From an uncultured bacterium (GTDB taxonomy: Bacteria > Actinomycetota > Acidimicrobiia > Spongiisociales > UBA5794), in NCBI GenBank assembly GCA_963801165.1, contig CAWDDT010000001.1:11229-75228 (forward strand): a stretch of 64,000 nucleotides of DNA, written 5' to 3'. Made by a program: the position numbers and the translations under genes. The notes beneath the pieces are model-generated. The model was not told where the DNA came from. It did no database searches and saw nothing but the letters and a program-made list of their open reading frames with translations. Position 1 is the stretch's first letter, and each line of letters opens with the position of its first letter. Shown piece by piece: positions 19,591 through 29,673 of this stretch.

Positions 19591-20679
19591 TCAATCGGAT
19601 GCGGGTGATTCCTCTCTGTCCCCGGTCGCCAGACGCAGGAGCCGGTTCCGCCCCTCCCTGAGGCGCAGAGATCGCACGCGCCACGTGCCGACGATCCCGT
19701 ACGGCAGGTACAAGACGATGGCCACGTAGGCGACACCGATCAACAGCGCCGAGGTGCCCCCGAACCAGCGATCGAGGTAGTACTCGAGAAGACGGAAGAC
19801 GGCGGCGCCGACGACCGCGCCACTGATCGTTCCCAGCCCGCCGATGAGGACGACGAGCAGTGCGGTCACCATCCACCCCAGCGAGGCGACATTAGGGGTG
19901 ATGATGGGCTCGTGGATGGCATGGAGTACACCGGCCAGGGACGCCGTCACCGAGCCGACCGCGAGCGCCAGCACCTTGAACCAGAACGTGTTGTATCCCA
20001 GCATCAACGCCCGGTCCTCGTTCTCCCTGATGGCGGTGAGCACCTTCCCGGCGGGGGAGTCCACGATCCGGGTGAACACCAGGTAGGTGACCACGACGAG
20101 AGCCAGCGACGCCAGGTACAGCAGGAATCGCTCGTTGGTTGTGTCGAGGAACCACACAGGAGCCGGCACACCCTGTAGACCGATCTCTGCGCCCGCCCAC
20201 TTCTGGAGGTCGCTCGACTGGATGACGATCCAGAACACCGACGCAAACCCGAGGGTCACCAGCGCATACGCGATCCCGCGTACCCGGGGGAGCACAACGG
20301 CAAAGAGCAGTGCCTGGAGCACGGCGGCCACCAGCACCACCAGCAGGGCGATGATCCAGTTCAGCTCGAATGTCTTCAGCGCGATCCCGAAGGTGTATGC
20401 GCCGACGGCGAAGAACATGGCGTGGCCAAACGACAGCAAACCGGTGATGCCGAGGATGAGGTCGTAGCTGATGGCGTAGAGGGCGAGGATGAAGATCTCG
20501 ATGGCGAGACCCTGGAGGAACCGGGCGTTCCCCTGGTCGTTGTTGATCACGGCACTGACGCCTGCGCCGTCGACCAGGATCGACACGAGGAATGGGAACA
20601 GCACCATCAGCCCGGTGACGATCAGCAATCCGCGGCGGCGGACCCACCAGCGCTGCCGGGTGCCCGGGAGCCCCGTCAT
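19591..20679 (-). CDS. Liv-type ABC transporter permease (LivM-like)
   Basis: GLLSFGHAMF, AIRENEDRALMLG, LIGGLGT. Confidence 0.9.
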   Translation of the reverse strand: MTGLPGTRQRWWVRRRGLLIVTGLMVLFPFLVSILVDGAGVSAVINNDQGNARFLQGLAIEIFILALYAISYDLILGITGLLSFGHAMFFAVGAYTFGIALKTFELNWIIALLVVLVAAVLQALLFAVVLPRVRGIAYALVTLGFASVFWIVIQSSDLQKWAGAEIGLQGVPAPVWFLDTTNERFLLYLASLALVVVTYLVFTRIVDSPAGKVLTAIRENEDRALMLGYNTFWFKVLALAVGSVTASLAGVLHAIHEPIITPNVASLGWMVTALLVVLIGGLGTISGAVVGAAVFRLLEYYLDRWFGGTSALLIGVAYVAIVLYLPYGIVGTWRVRSLRLREGRNRLLRLATGDREESPASD

Positions 20680-22259
20680 CGCTCAGCCCTTCCGAAGAGA
20701 CCTGTGGGCAACACCAGAAGGATGACGACCATGAGCAAGATGGCGGCGGCCGGGACCAGTGTCGGGGAGGGTTTGAACGGTTCGGTCATGAAGGGCAGGT
20801 TGATGCCGCTCTGGCCGTAGCGAATGATTATCTGTTGGAGCAACCCGACGAGCACCGCACCGGCTGCCGCACCGGGGAAGCTGGTCAGCCCGCCGACTGC
20901 GAGCGCCACGATCGCCGACAGCAGGAATGTGGCGCCCATACCCGGGTTCAGGCCGATCGACGGTGCGGCCAGGACTCCACCGAGGGCGGCGAGCGCCGAT
21001 CCCATGGCGAATACGGTGGTGAAGACGCGGCGGACGTTGATGCCGAGAGCCTGCACCATCTCGGGGTCCTGGACACCCGCACGGATCACCATGCCGATCC
21101 TGGTCCTCTTCAGCAGCGTCGTCACCCCGACGAGCACGATGATCCCGACCACGATCACGAAGCCCTCGTTGTACACCCGCAACCGGGTGCCGAACAGATC
21201 GACGGTGGAGCAGCCGCTGAAGAATCCCCCGATGCCCTGACCGGGGCATCCGGCGCCGGTTCCGTCGAACGCAGCGGGACGGGCCATGGTGAAGGAGGGA
21301 CGACCCCAGACGTCTCTGACTATCTCGACGATGATGAAGCCGACACCAAGGGTGATCATCAGCTGGTAGATGGGCCGGTCGTAGAGCGGCCGGATCAGCA
21401 CCACCTCGATGAGGGCACCAACCACGGCTCCGACCACCACCGAGATCACCAACGCCAATAGGAACCGCCAGGTCGTGCTCAGGCCGAACACCCAGTCGTT
21501 GAGCGGGCCCTTCACCAGATGGAGCACGATGGCGGCAGCAATCATCCCGGCTAGCCCGAGGACATGGGAGCGCCGGAGCGGCGTGTGGTCGGCAGGCTGG
21601 CTGCGAACCATGCTGAAGCCGCACGCCAGGGCGGCTCCGCCTGCCAGCACGACGAGTATCGCGACGATTGCGGGCCAACCGAACGAGTCGGCCGGCAAGG
21701 GGGCCAGCGTGCCCAGGCCGATCTGCACGGACAGGTTGGCAGGGCTGCGCGTGAAATCGTCGGGGCTCCAGATGACCAGCGGGAACTTGGTGACGCCCAC
21801 GAGAACGGCGCCGGCACCGGCGAGCAGCAGACCCCAGCGGATGGGGCGTCGCCATCGAACCCGCCCGATACGCGCGGCCAATCGCTGCCACCCGGGTAGT
21901 ACCGCAAACGGCGCCGCCACTATTAGGAGCGGAACCAGCACGTCGACGACGGTGTCGAAGCGGGTGTAGACCGTCCATCCCACGTATGCACCCAGCATGA
22001 ACAGCTCACCGTGCGCCAGGTTGAGAACGTCCATCAAGCCGAAGATCAAGGAGAGACCCGAAGCCACCAGGAATGTGATCGCTCCCACCGAAAGGCCCTG
22101 CATGACGGTGGAGAACCAATCGCCGGCGTCGATCCCCGCCATCGCGGCCAGGAACAGGAACAGCAGCACCGCCAGCACCGTGACCCGCGCCCGGTTCTCC
22201 CTCAGCCATTCGGAGCGGCGTGCCGCCCTGCTGTCGCCGGTTGCCGTCGTGGCCGTCAT
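20676..22259 (-). CDS. Liv-type ABC transporter permease (LivH-like, with large membrane insertion)
   Basis: GLSLIFGLMDVLNLAHGE, GMVIRAG..ALGINV, VGGLTSFPG. Confidence 0.88.
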   Translation of the reverse strand: MTATTATGDSRAARRSEWLRENRARVTVLAVLLFLFLAAMAGIDAGDWFSTVMQGLSVGAITFLVASGLSLIFGLMDVLNLAHGELFMLGAYVGWTVYTRFDTVVDVLVPLLIVAAPFAVLPGWQRLAARIGRVRWRRPIRWGLLLAGAGAVLVGVTKFPLVIWSPDDFTRSPANLSVQIGLGTLAPLPADSFGWPAIVAILVVLAGGAALACGFSMVRSQPADHTPLRRSHVLGLAGMIAAAIVLHLVKGPLNDWVFGLSTTWRFLLALVISVVVGAVVGALIEVVLIRPLYDRPIYQLMITLGVGFIIVEIVRDVWGRPSFTMARPAAFDGTGAGCPGQGIGGFFSGCSTVDLFGTRLRVYNEGFVIVVGIIVLVGVTTLLKRTRIGMVIRAGVQDPEMVQALGINVRRVFTTVFAMGSALAALGGVLAAPSIGLNPGMGATFLLSAIVALAVGGLTSFPGAAAGAVLVGLLQQIIIRYGQSGINLPFMTEPFKPSPTLVPAAAILLMVVILLVLPTGLFGRAER

Positions 22260-22304
22260 CGGCTCACCCGCCATCGACGAAGCGGGCAGCGGCAACTGTG
22301 AAGC

Positions 22305-23006
22305 TCATCCCGCACCGAGGTACCTCCTGACGGTCTCGTGATCGTCGACGAGGTCGCTCATGGCGCCCGTCTGTACGCTGCGACCCTCCTCGACGATGGT
22401 GTAGTGGTCGGCCAGCCTGCTGGCGACGATGAAGTTCTGCTCGACGAGCAGCACCGTTAGGTGGGAGGAGAGTTGTCGGATGGCCTCCATCATCTGCTCG
22501 ATGATCACGGGCGCCAGACCCTCGCTCGGCTCGTCGATGAGAAGGAGCCGGTTGTCGGGTACGAGCGATCGCGCCACCGCCAGCATCTGCTGCTGACCAC
22601 CCGACAGGTTGGTGCCGGGCAGCCGGATCAGCCGTTTGAGATCGGGGAACAGCCCGAAGATCAGCTCCTCCTTGCGGGCCAGGTCACCCTTGCTGCGCTC
22701 GGCGATGCGGAGGTTCTCGCCGACGCTGAGGTCGGAGAAGATCGCCCGGTGCTCCGGCACGTAACCGACGCCGAGATTGGCGATGTCGAAGCTGCGCATC
22801 CCCGTGATGTCTTCATCGGCGAACCGCACCGACCCGGAGCGGGGCGGCGTCAAGCCGAGGATGGTCTTTAGTGTGGTCGTTTTGCCGGCGCCGTTGCGGC
22901 CGAGCAACGCGACGATGTCGCCTTCGGGCACGTCGAGGGACACTCCCTCGAGAATGTGGAACTGGCCGATGAATGTGTGTACGTCGTTGACCTCGAGGAG
23001 GCTCAC
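22305..23006 (-). CDS. Liv-type ABC ATP-binding protein (LivF-like)
   Basis: GRNGAGKTT, LSGGQQQ, IDEPSEGLAP. Confidence 0.93.
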   Translation of the reverse strand: MSLLEVNDVHTFIGQFHILEGVSLDVPEGDIVALLGRNGAGKTTTLKTILGLTPPRSGSVRFADEDITGMRSFDIANLGVGYVPEHRAIFSDLSVGENLRIAERSKGDLARKEELIFGLFPDLKRLIRLPGTNLSGGQQQMLAVARSLVPDNRLLLIDEPSEGLAPVIIEQMMEAIRQLSSHLTVLLVEQNFIVASRLADHYTIVEEGRSVQTGAMSDLVDDHETVRRYLGAG

Positions 23007-23776
23007 GATGTCCCTCCCGCCTCGCGGTAGAGGTCACCCAGATAGGCCGTCTGCACCCTCTCGTCGGCGGAGATGTCGGCAGGCGTTCCCTCTGCCAGCA
23101 GTGAGCCCTGGTGCATCACCGTGATCCGATCCGACACCGACATGACGACGTTCATGTTGTGTTCGACGAGCACGACCGTCTTGTCCCCGGCCGACTGGAT
23201 CTCCTGAACGAGTTGCATCAGCTCCGGCACCTGCTCGGCGGCCATCCCGGCGGTTGGCTCGTCGAGCATCAAGACCCGGGGGTCGGGAGCGAGGATCATC
23301 CCCAGCTCGAGTTTCCGTTGATCACCGTGGGGCAGGGTTCTGGCCGGGGCCTGGGCGCGGCCGGTGAGACCGACCTGCTCCAGGACCTCGGCGGCTCGAG
23401 CGGCCGGTTCGGTCAACCGGAGGTGTGAGCGGAAGAGCTGATAATTCCCGCGGCCCATCGCCTGGGCGGCGAGCCGGACGTTCTCGAACACCGTCAGGTT
23501 GGGGAAGATGTTGGTGATCTGGAACGAACGCCCGATGCCGCGATGGATGGTGCGGTGTACCGGGAGATCGGTGATGTCGTCTCCCTGGTAGAAAACCCGT
23601 CCCGACGTCGGCGCCAGGGTCCCGCTCACGAGATTGAAAAATGTTGTCTTGCCGGCTCCGTTGGGGCCGATGATCGAGTGCAGCGAGCCCTCTTCGATGG
23701 CGACACTGACGTCGTCTACCGCCACCAATGCACCGAACTCGCGGCGCAGGTTCACCGTCTCGAGGATCGCGGTCAC
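23003..23776 (-). CDS. Liv-type ABC ATP-binding protein (LivG-like)
   Basis: GPNGAGKTT, LPHGDQR, LDEPTAG, VEH. Confidence 0.93.
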   Translation of the reverse strand: MTAILETVNLRREFGALVAVDDVSVAIEEGSLHSIIGPNGAGKTTFFNLVSGTLAPTSGRVFYQGDDITDLPVHRTIHRGIGRSFQITNIFPNLTVFENVRLAAQAMGRGNYQLFRSHLRLTEPAARAAEVLEQVGLTGRAQAPARTLPHGDQRKLELGMILAPDPRVLMLDEPTAGMAAEQVPELMQLVQEIQSAGDKTVVLVEHNMNVVMSVSDRITVMHQGSLLAEGTPADISADERVQTAYLGDLYREAGGTS

Positions 23777-23802
23777 AGCTCCTCCATGCCGTTTTCTCGA
23801 TT

Positions 23803-23835
23803 ACGAGGGGGGGTGGGCGGGCCCACCCCCCTCGT
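23803..23835 (-). terminator. GC-rich hairpin downstream of the substrate-binding protein gene (mRNA stabiliser or partial terminator)
   Basis: ACGAGGGGGGGTGGGC-GG-GCCCACCCCCCTCGT, one bulge, no U-tract. Confidence 0.6.
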
Positions 23836-23848
23836 GTGTTTCAGTCTC

Positions 23849-25261
23849 TCAGTTGCCGCTCAGACTGCCCACGGGCAGGCTGCCGCAGCGGCTCGTGTAG
23901 TCACCCTCGAGCAGACACGGCGGCTCGGGGCGCACCGTGGCGACGTTCTCGAAGAACTTGAACTCGGGGTCGTCCAGGTTCGTCAGCTTGACGATGTACA
24001 TGTCCTGGAGCGCTACGTGGTCCTCGGGCCGGATGTCAATCGTGCCCTTGGGGCCTTCGAAGCTCATGCCTTCCATCACACCGCGCAGGCTGTCGGCGTC
24101 TGCCGCTCCGCCCGTCGCCTTCAGCGCCTCAACGACCATGATCGCCGCGTTCATGCCGTCGGCGTCGAACAGGTCGGGGAAAGCACCCTCGTCCTTTGCC
24201 GCGGCAACGAGATAATCGTTGATCGCGTTATTGGGGGCGGTGTAGTGGTAGATGATTGTCGACGTGGTACCAATGGCGTTGCCGAAGAACGCCGGCAGGA
24301 CCACGTTGTCGACAAACGGCGATCCGAGCACTGTGTTGTCGTCGATAACGCTGAGGTCGATGGCTGCCTGGAGCAGCGGCACGAACCCACCGCCTGCCCA
24401 GGTGACCAGGAAGGCATTGGCGTCGGTGTTGGCGAGCGGCTGCAGGTACGTCGTGAAGTCCGTGGTATCGGCCGGGGCGAAAATGTCGTCGGCCAGGAAC
24501 TCTCCGCCGTAGAACGTGCACGAGTCCCGGTATGCCTGAGCACCTCCGTATCCGAACGAGTAGTCGGGGGCAATCTGTACGAACGTCTTGTAGCCGTCGT
24601 TGTTGACGAACTGGTCACAAATGGCCATGCCGTCCTGGTAGTTCTCCCGGCTGACCCGGAACGTGTTCGGGTTGAAGTCCTTGCCGGTGAGATCGTTGGC
24701 CGCCGCAGGCGCCGCGATCAGAATGACGTTGTTGTCCATCGCCAATGACTGCAGGCCGGCCGTGGATCCGGAGCTAACCGTGCCGACGATGATGTCGGCG
24801 CCGTTGACCTCGATCAGCTCGCGGCCGATCGTGGCGGTGGTGTCCGCGTCACCCTTGTCGTCGCGGTAGATCACGTGGATCTCGCAGTTGTCGACCATGT
24901 ACGTCTGTTCGGTGCCGTCTTGTACGCCTGCCTGGACATCGCTGCCGGTGGCATAGGCGAACCCGATGGGCACGGACCGCATCATGTGGGCACCGTAGAT
25001 GGCGAGCGCCCCCGACATGTCGGTGATGACACCGACCGTCACAGGCTCTGCACAGGTGACACCCTCGGCCATGGCGGTGGTCTCGGTCATAGCCGTCGTC
25101 TCGGTCATTGCTGTCGTCGTGGTCGCCGCGGTGGTCTCCGTCGCAGCCTGGGTTGTGCCCGGGGCTGCGGTGGTTGTCGTAGCCGCGTCGTCACCACCGC
25201 ACGCGGTGGCGAGCATCGCCACCACCGCCAGCAGCAACAGCAGCTTGATAGCTTTCCTCAT
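23849..25261 (-). CDS. Liv-type ABC substrate-binding lipoprotein with Thr-rich linker
   Basis: Lipobox LATAC; linker with AMTETT repeats; periplasmic binding type 1 features (DDKGD, IIVGTVSSG). Confidence 0.9.
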   Translation of the reverse strand: MRKAIKLLLLLAVVAMLATACGGDDAATTTTAAPGTTQAATETTAATTTTAMTETTAMTETTAMAEGVTCAEPVTVGVITDMSGALAIYGAHMMRSVPIGFAYATGSDVQAGVQDGTEQTYMVDNCEIHVIYRDDKGDADTTATIGRELIEVNGADIIVGTVSSGSTAGLQSLAMDNNVILIAAPAAANDLTGKDFNPNTFRVSRENYQDGMAICDQFVNNDGYKTFVQIAPDYSFGYGGAQAYRDSCTFYGGEFLADDIFAPADTTDFTTYLQPLANTDANAFLVTWAGGGFVPLLQAAIDLSVIDDNTVLGSPFVDNVVLPAFFGNAIGTTSTIIYHYTAPNNAINDYLVAAAKDEGAFPDLFDADGMNAAIMVVEALKATGGAADADSLRGVMEGMSFEGPKGTIDIRPEDHVALQDMYIVKLTNLDDPEFKFFENVATVRPEPPCLLEGDYTSRCGSLPVGSLSGN

Positions 25262-25289
25262 CTGTTCCTCCTCCGTCTTCTTCTCTTAC

Positions 25290-26348
25290 TCAGTTGTTCC
25301 CGAGGAATGCTTGGAGCACCTCGTCGAACTCTTCCGGTTTGTCGATGAACGGCACATGGCCGCACCCCTCCATCACGATCTCCTCGTAGGTCCCCCCGGC
25401 GCCGGCATAGCGCTCGAGGGTGGCCCGAATCTGATCGAGCATTGGCTGTGGCGGGAAAACGTCGGTCCCGGGGTAGCCGGGGATGAGCCCGGTCGGGCCG
25501 AGAGTTGCGATGTCCGCGGCTGCGGCGTTCGATACCGCCACGTCGTTCTCGCCGCGCAGCCATAGGATCTGTGGTTTCGGGTCCGCCGTCGCGATAGCAG
25601 CAGGGTCGGTCCCGTACTTGCACGAGATGGCGTTGTTCGGCCCCCAGACCCCGGGTGCCACGTACGGCCAGTTCGGTGACGGCGTCACGTCGCCGGGGTA
25701 GGCGTCGTCACCGAGGTGGATCTGGAGAACGCTGGCGACGTACTCGTCCTCGCGCCGGGGCGGCTCAACCCACGTGCGTGCCCGGAACACCGCCCGGGGC
25801 GAGAACGGGGTGTCTGCGGTCGTGTCGCCTTCCCGGATCGCTACGACGAACTTGGGATGGATCAACCCGCCGCCGCCTCCTGCGTAGTCGTCGTAGCAGG
25901 GCGTTCCGGCGACGTCCTTGGTGCCGCCGAAGCCGTATGGTGAGCCGGGGCACACCTGAGCCACCTTGCCGAGCCGGTCCGGGTAGTTGGCGATCAGCCA
26001 CCAGACAACGTTGCCTCCGAGCGAGCTTGCCACCATGTGGGCCCGGTCATAGCCGTAATTGTCGAGCAGGGCGATCAGGTCGTCACCCCAATCTCCCATC
26101 CCCCGGGTGGCGTCGATCTTCGCCGACGTGTCGGCTTCGCCGAATCCACGCAGATCGGGAGCGATCGCCCGGAACCCGGAGGGGAGAGTGACCATATTGT
26201 CCTCCCACCAGGTGGCCGATGAATGGTTGCCGTGCAGGAAGATCACCGGTGTCCCGTCGTCCGGCCCGGCGGTGAGCACTCTGGTTGTGATGCGTGGGGT
26301 GGTCACTGTTGTGGCGGTGACGCCGGCGACGGTTGGGATCTTCGTCAT
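25290..26348 (-). CDS. Alpha/beta hydrolase
   Basis: FLHGNHSS, APDLRGFG, nucleophile elbow VASSLGG, GEND, CGHVP. Confidence 0.88.
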   Translation of the reverse strand: MTKIPTVAGVTATTVTTPRITTRVLTAGPDDGTPVIFLHGNHSSATWWEDNMVTLPSGFRAIAPDLRGFGEADTSAKIDATRGMGDWGDDLIALLDNYGYDRAHMVASSLGGNVVWWLIANYPDRLGKVAQVCPGSPYGFGGTKDVAGTPCYDDYAGGGGGLIHPKFVVAIREGDTTADTPFSPRAVFRARTWVEPPRREDEYVASVLQIHLGDDAYPGDVTPSPNWPYVAPGVWGPNNAISCKYGTDPAAIATADPKPQILWLRGENDVAVSNAAAADIATLGPTGLIPGYPGTDVFPPQPMLDQIRATLERYAGAGGTYEEIVMEGCGHVPFIDKPEEFDEVLQAFLGNN

Positions 26349-27883
26349 GTCGTTTCTCCTCCCGCCAGTAGCTTCTTGTCGATTTTTCCGATCGCGGTCT
26401 TGGGGATCTCGGGGAGCACGACCACCGTTCTCGGGAGCTTGTATTTGGCGAGGCGCTCCCCGAGGAACGCCAGAAACGCGGGCTCGTCGAACTCTGATCC
26501 GGCTTCGAGCACGAGGAATGCCTTGCCGACCTCGCCCCACACCTCGTGGGGAGCGCCGACCAGGGCGGCTTCGGCGATGCCCGGGTAGGCGAGCATCACC
26601 GACTCGACCTCGGCCGGGTAAACGTTCTCCCCACCGGTGATGAACATGTCCTTGGAGCGGCCCTTGATGAAGAAGAGGCCTTCGTCGTCCTCGACGGCGA
26701 GATCACCCGTCCACAGCCAGCCGTCCTTGATCGTCGCTGCGGTGGCTTCGGGTCGCCTCCAATAGCCGGGTGTCACGTGGGGACCGCGGATCAGCAACTC
26801 GCCCGGCTCGTTGCGGGGAACCCGGTTCCCGTCCTCATCGACCACCCTCATGTCGATGTGGAAGATCGGGTAGCCAACGGAGGTCGGCTTCTCCCGGATC
26901 CTCTCCTCGGGCAGCCAGAAGTTGTTGCCCGCCGCTTCGGTGAGCCCGTAGCCCATCTTGAAGTCGACGCCCTTGGCCCAGAATTTCTCCATGATCGGCA
27001 ACGGGCACGGCGCCCCACCCGAGATGACCAGCGCCATGTTCGAGAAGTCGGCCGTCTCCCAGCGGGGATGGGCCTGCATCATCTGATACATCGTGGGCAC
27101 GGCAACGTAGTGAGTGATCCCGCCTTTCTCGATGAGATCGAAGCTCTCGTCGATGTCGAATCCCTGGCACAGGATCGAAACACCACCAACGTGCACCAGT
27201 GGCACCATGAAGATGTTGGGGCCGCCGATGTGGAAGAAGGGGAGTTGTATCGGGGCGACATGGTCGGCGGTGATTCCCCAGGAAGTGATGGTGTTGACCG
27301 AGTTCCAGGTGACGTTGCCGTGGGTGAGGATGGCCCCCTTGGGGAGACCGGTCGTGCCGCCGGTGTAGTAGATGCCCCAGATGTCGTCGAGCCCGAGATC
27401 CGGCCGGTCGTCGAGGAGGGCAGGCATGGTGTCACGCTCGGCGAATGACCGGTCGCCCGCAGCGGGCTCTCCGAGTGCCACTACGTGCTCAACCGCGGTG
27501 AGGGACGACCGCAGCTCGTCAGTCCGGGCCTTCCAATCGTCGCTGTAGACGAAGACGGTCGGCTCGGCGTCGGCCACGATCTGTCGCAGTTCGTGGACTG
27601 TGAGCCGCCAGTTGAGGTTGTGCAGGATGCACCCGATCTTGCCGGCGGCCCAGAAGAGATCGACATACTCGGGGCAGTTCGAGGCGTATACCGATACCCG
27701 GTCGCCCTTGGAGACGCCGAGAGAGCGCAGATAGTTGGCGGTCCGGTTGACCCGGTCGTTCCACGCACGGTAGGTGATCTCGGAGCCACCGAGACCGTCG
27801 ATCAACGCCACCCGATCGGGGGTGAGCCGGGATCTCTTGTCCAGCCAATCCGTTGTGTAGTGGGAGGTCTGTGCGTAGCTCAT
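26345..27883 (-). CDS. Acyl-CoA synthetase (AMP-binding)
   Basis: YYTGGTTGLPKG, GYGLTE, TGD, GGENVYPAEVE. Confidence 0.92.
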   Translation of the reverse strand: MSYAQTSHYTTDWLDKRSRLTPDRVALIDGLGGSEITYRAWNDRVNRTANYLRSLGVSKGDRVSVYASNCPEYVDLFWAAGKIGCILHNLNWRLTVHELRQIVADAEPTVFVYSDDWKARTDELRSSLTAVEHVVALGEPAAGDRSFAERDTMPALLDDRPDLGLDDIWGIYYTGGTTGLPKGAILTHGNVTWNSVNTITSWGITADHVAPIQLPFFHIGGPNIFMVPLVHVGGVSILCQGFDIDESFDLIEKGGITHYVAVPTMYQMMQAHPRWETADFSNMALVISGGAPCPLPIMEKFWAKGVDFKMGYGLTEAAGNNFWLPEERIREKPTSVGYPIFHIDMRVVDEDGNRVPRNEPGELLIRGPHVTPGYWRRPEATAATIKDGWLWTGDLAVEDDEGLFFIKGRSKDMFITGGENVYPAEVESVMLAYPGIAEAALVGAPHEVWGEVGKAFLVLEAGSEFDEPAFLAFLGERLAKYKLPRTVVVLPEIPKTAIGKIDKKLLAGGETT

Positions 27884-28926
27884 TGCCCCGCCCCCCACCG
27901 GACGACACCGGCTCCCCACACGTAGCCGATCCCGGCGCCGACGATGACCATCAGATCACCGGGCTTCAGCTTGCCGGTTCGCTGCCCCTCGATCATCGAG
28001 ATGATGGAGTCCTGCTCGCCGATGTGCCCGATGTCACCCAGGTAGCACGACTGTTCCTCGGTGAGACCGAGCAGTCCGAGTATCTCCCGGTGCGCCGACG
28101 GTTTGACGAGCAGCATGTTGAGGTAGTCGAGGTCGTCACGGGTATACGGCGAACCGTCGGCCTTGGTCCCGGATTTGCGTAGTGCCTCGTCAACGCAGTG
28201 CATCCAGTTGTCGATGGACACCTCGTTGAGCCGGCCCTTCATTGCTTCCGGCTCGACCAGATCGAACTTGAATAATCCGGCGGCGACCGCGGCGTCAGTC
28301 GGATGCTGGATGGTTCCGCTGGCGGGCACGACGACGTGGCGGCTCATGGACCCATCCGACATCAAGTGGGTGCCAAGAACGTGGTTCTCCGGCCAGTCGC
28401 GCTTGACGATCATTGCGCCGGCTCCGGCGCCGATGTTGAACAGGAACGACGTACGCACGTTGGTGTGGTCGATGAAGTTGCCGATGACGTAGCCGCCCCC
28501 GATCAGGATCGTGTTGATCCCGGGGTCTTCGAGCATCAGCGACCGGGCGAGCTTCAATGCGGCGATCGTCGTGGCACATCGCATGTGCATATCCATGCCC
28601 CACGCCCGGGTGGCGCCGACCTGGTAGGCGAGGTCGATGCCGGCGGTCCACAGGCTGTATTCCTTCCACTCCTCCGTTGTGCACAGGACGACGTCGATCT
28701 CCTGGGGGTCGATGCCGGCGTTCTCGATGGCCTGCCGCGCAGCTTCTGCGGCCATCATGTTGGGGTGGACACCCGGCTTGGGGATGTGCTTGTGGTTGAT
28801 GCCCAGCTTCTCCTTGACCACCCACAGAGGCATCCCGCTCTGCTCGGCGATCTCGTCGGCGGACATCACCGTGTCGGGTAGGTACATCCCGGTAGAGACG
28901 ATCCCCATCGTCAGACCGTCGCTCAT
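27880..28926 (-). CDS. 3-oxoacyl-ACP synthase III (FabH)-like thiolase-fold protein
   Basis: GMYLP start, MHMRCAT catalytic Cys, GAGAGAM, C-terminal GAGIGYVWG. Confidence 0.85.
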   Translation of the reverse strand: MSDGLTMGIVSTGMYLPDTVMSADEIAEQSGMPLWVVKEKLGINHKHIPKPGVHPNMMAAEAARQAIENAGIDPQEIDVVLCTTEEWKEYSLWTAGIDLAYQVGATRAWGMDMHMRCATTIAALKLARSLMLEDPGINTILIGGGYVIGNFIDHTNVRTSFLFNIGAGAGAMIVKRDWPENHVLGTHLMSDGSMSRHVVVPASGTIQHPTDAAVAAGLFKFDLVEPEAMKGRLNEVSIDNWMHCVDEALRKSGTKADGSPYTRDDLDYLNMLLVKPSAHREILGLLGLTEEQSCYLGDIGHIGEQDSIISMIEGQRTGKLKPGDLMVIVGAGIGYVWGAGVVRWGAGQ

Positions 28927-29537
28927 CGTCCCTTCCCCGGGCTGAGGGCGCACGAGAGGAAGGTCATGATCTCGTCGAGCACTTCTTCGGGCGGCATCCG
29001 TCTCTCCCATTGCACGTAGCGGGCGCCGATGAGCTCGGCGACGCCCATCAGTACCCAGGCGAGGGTCTCGGCAGATACGTCCGTTGTGATCTGGCCTTCG
29101 CCCTGGGCCTTGTCGAGACCGCGCGCATACCCTTCGGCGAGCGTTTGGTAGTGCCAGCGGTGCGAATCCGGATCGACGAACTCCGACTCGCGCACGATCC
29201 GGTACAGCGGCCGATGCTTGACCACGAACTCGAAGAAAGTCTTGAAACCAACCAGCTCGACCTCGACGCGGTTGTCGAGATCAGCGACCGCTTCCGAAAT
29301 GGCGCGTCGCAGGTTGTGGTTGAGGACGTGGACCAGCTCTATGAACGCGGCCTTCTTGTCCGGGAAGTAGACATAGAACGTCCCCTGGGCAACGCCGGCG
29401 CGTCGGGTGATCTCGGCGATCGAGGCGCGCTCGTAGCTGCTCTCACCAAAGACGTCCTCCGCCGCGTCGAGAATCGCCTGCCTGGTGGCACGCCCCTTCG
29501 CCGTCGGGGGAGTTTGCTGACGGGTTAAGTCCGTCAT
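28923..29537 (-). CDS. TetR/AcrR family regulator
   Basis: ILDAAEDVF..SIAEITRRAGVAQGTFYVYFPDK HTH. Confidence 0.93.
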   Translation of the reverse strand: MTDLTRQQTPPTAKGRATRQAILDAAEDVFGESSYERASIAEITRRAGVAQGTFYVYFPDKKAAFIELVHVLNHNLRRAISEAVADLDNRVEVELVGFKTFFEFVVKHRPLYRIVRESEFVDPDSHRWHYQTLAEGYARGLDKAQGEGQITTDVSAETLAWVLMGVAELIGARYVQWERRMPPEEVLDEIMTFLSCALSPGKGR

Positions 29538-29570
29538 TCCCGTTCGGTTCTCCTCCGCACTCCCAAAACC

Positions 29571-29589
29571 GAATACTGATTCAGTATTC
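29571..29589. promoter_or_regulatory. Perfect palindrome, probable TetR operator
   Basis: GAATACTGA-T-TCAGTATTC, just downstream (minus strand) of a -10-like TACTAT at 29597-29602. Confidence 0.8.
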
Positions 29590-29673
29590 AGTTTTCATAG
29601 TACGTACGAGTCACATGGTTTGGCAACCGGTTTCTCGTCCGGACGCACCCGGGCTCGGTGCGATACTCGTTGG

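Noticed and set aside
25070-25190. Tandem repeats in the substrate-binding protein gene
   Set aside because: They encode an ordinary Thr/Ala-rich lipoprotein linker (AMTETT repeats), not an array.
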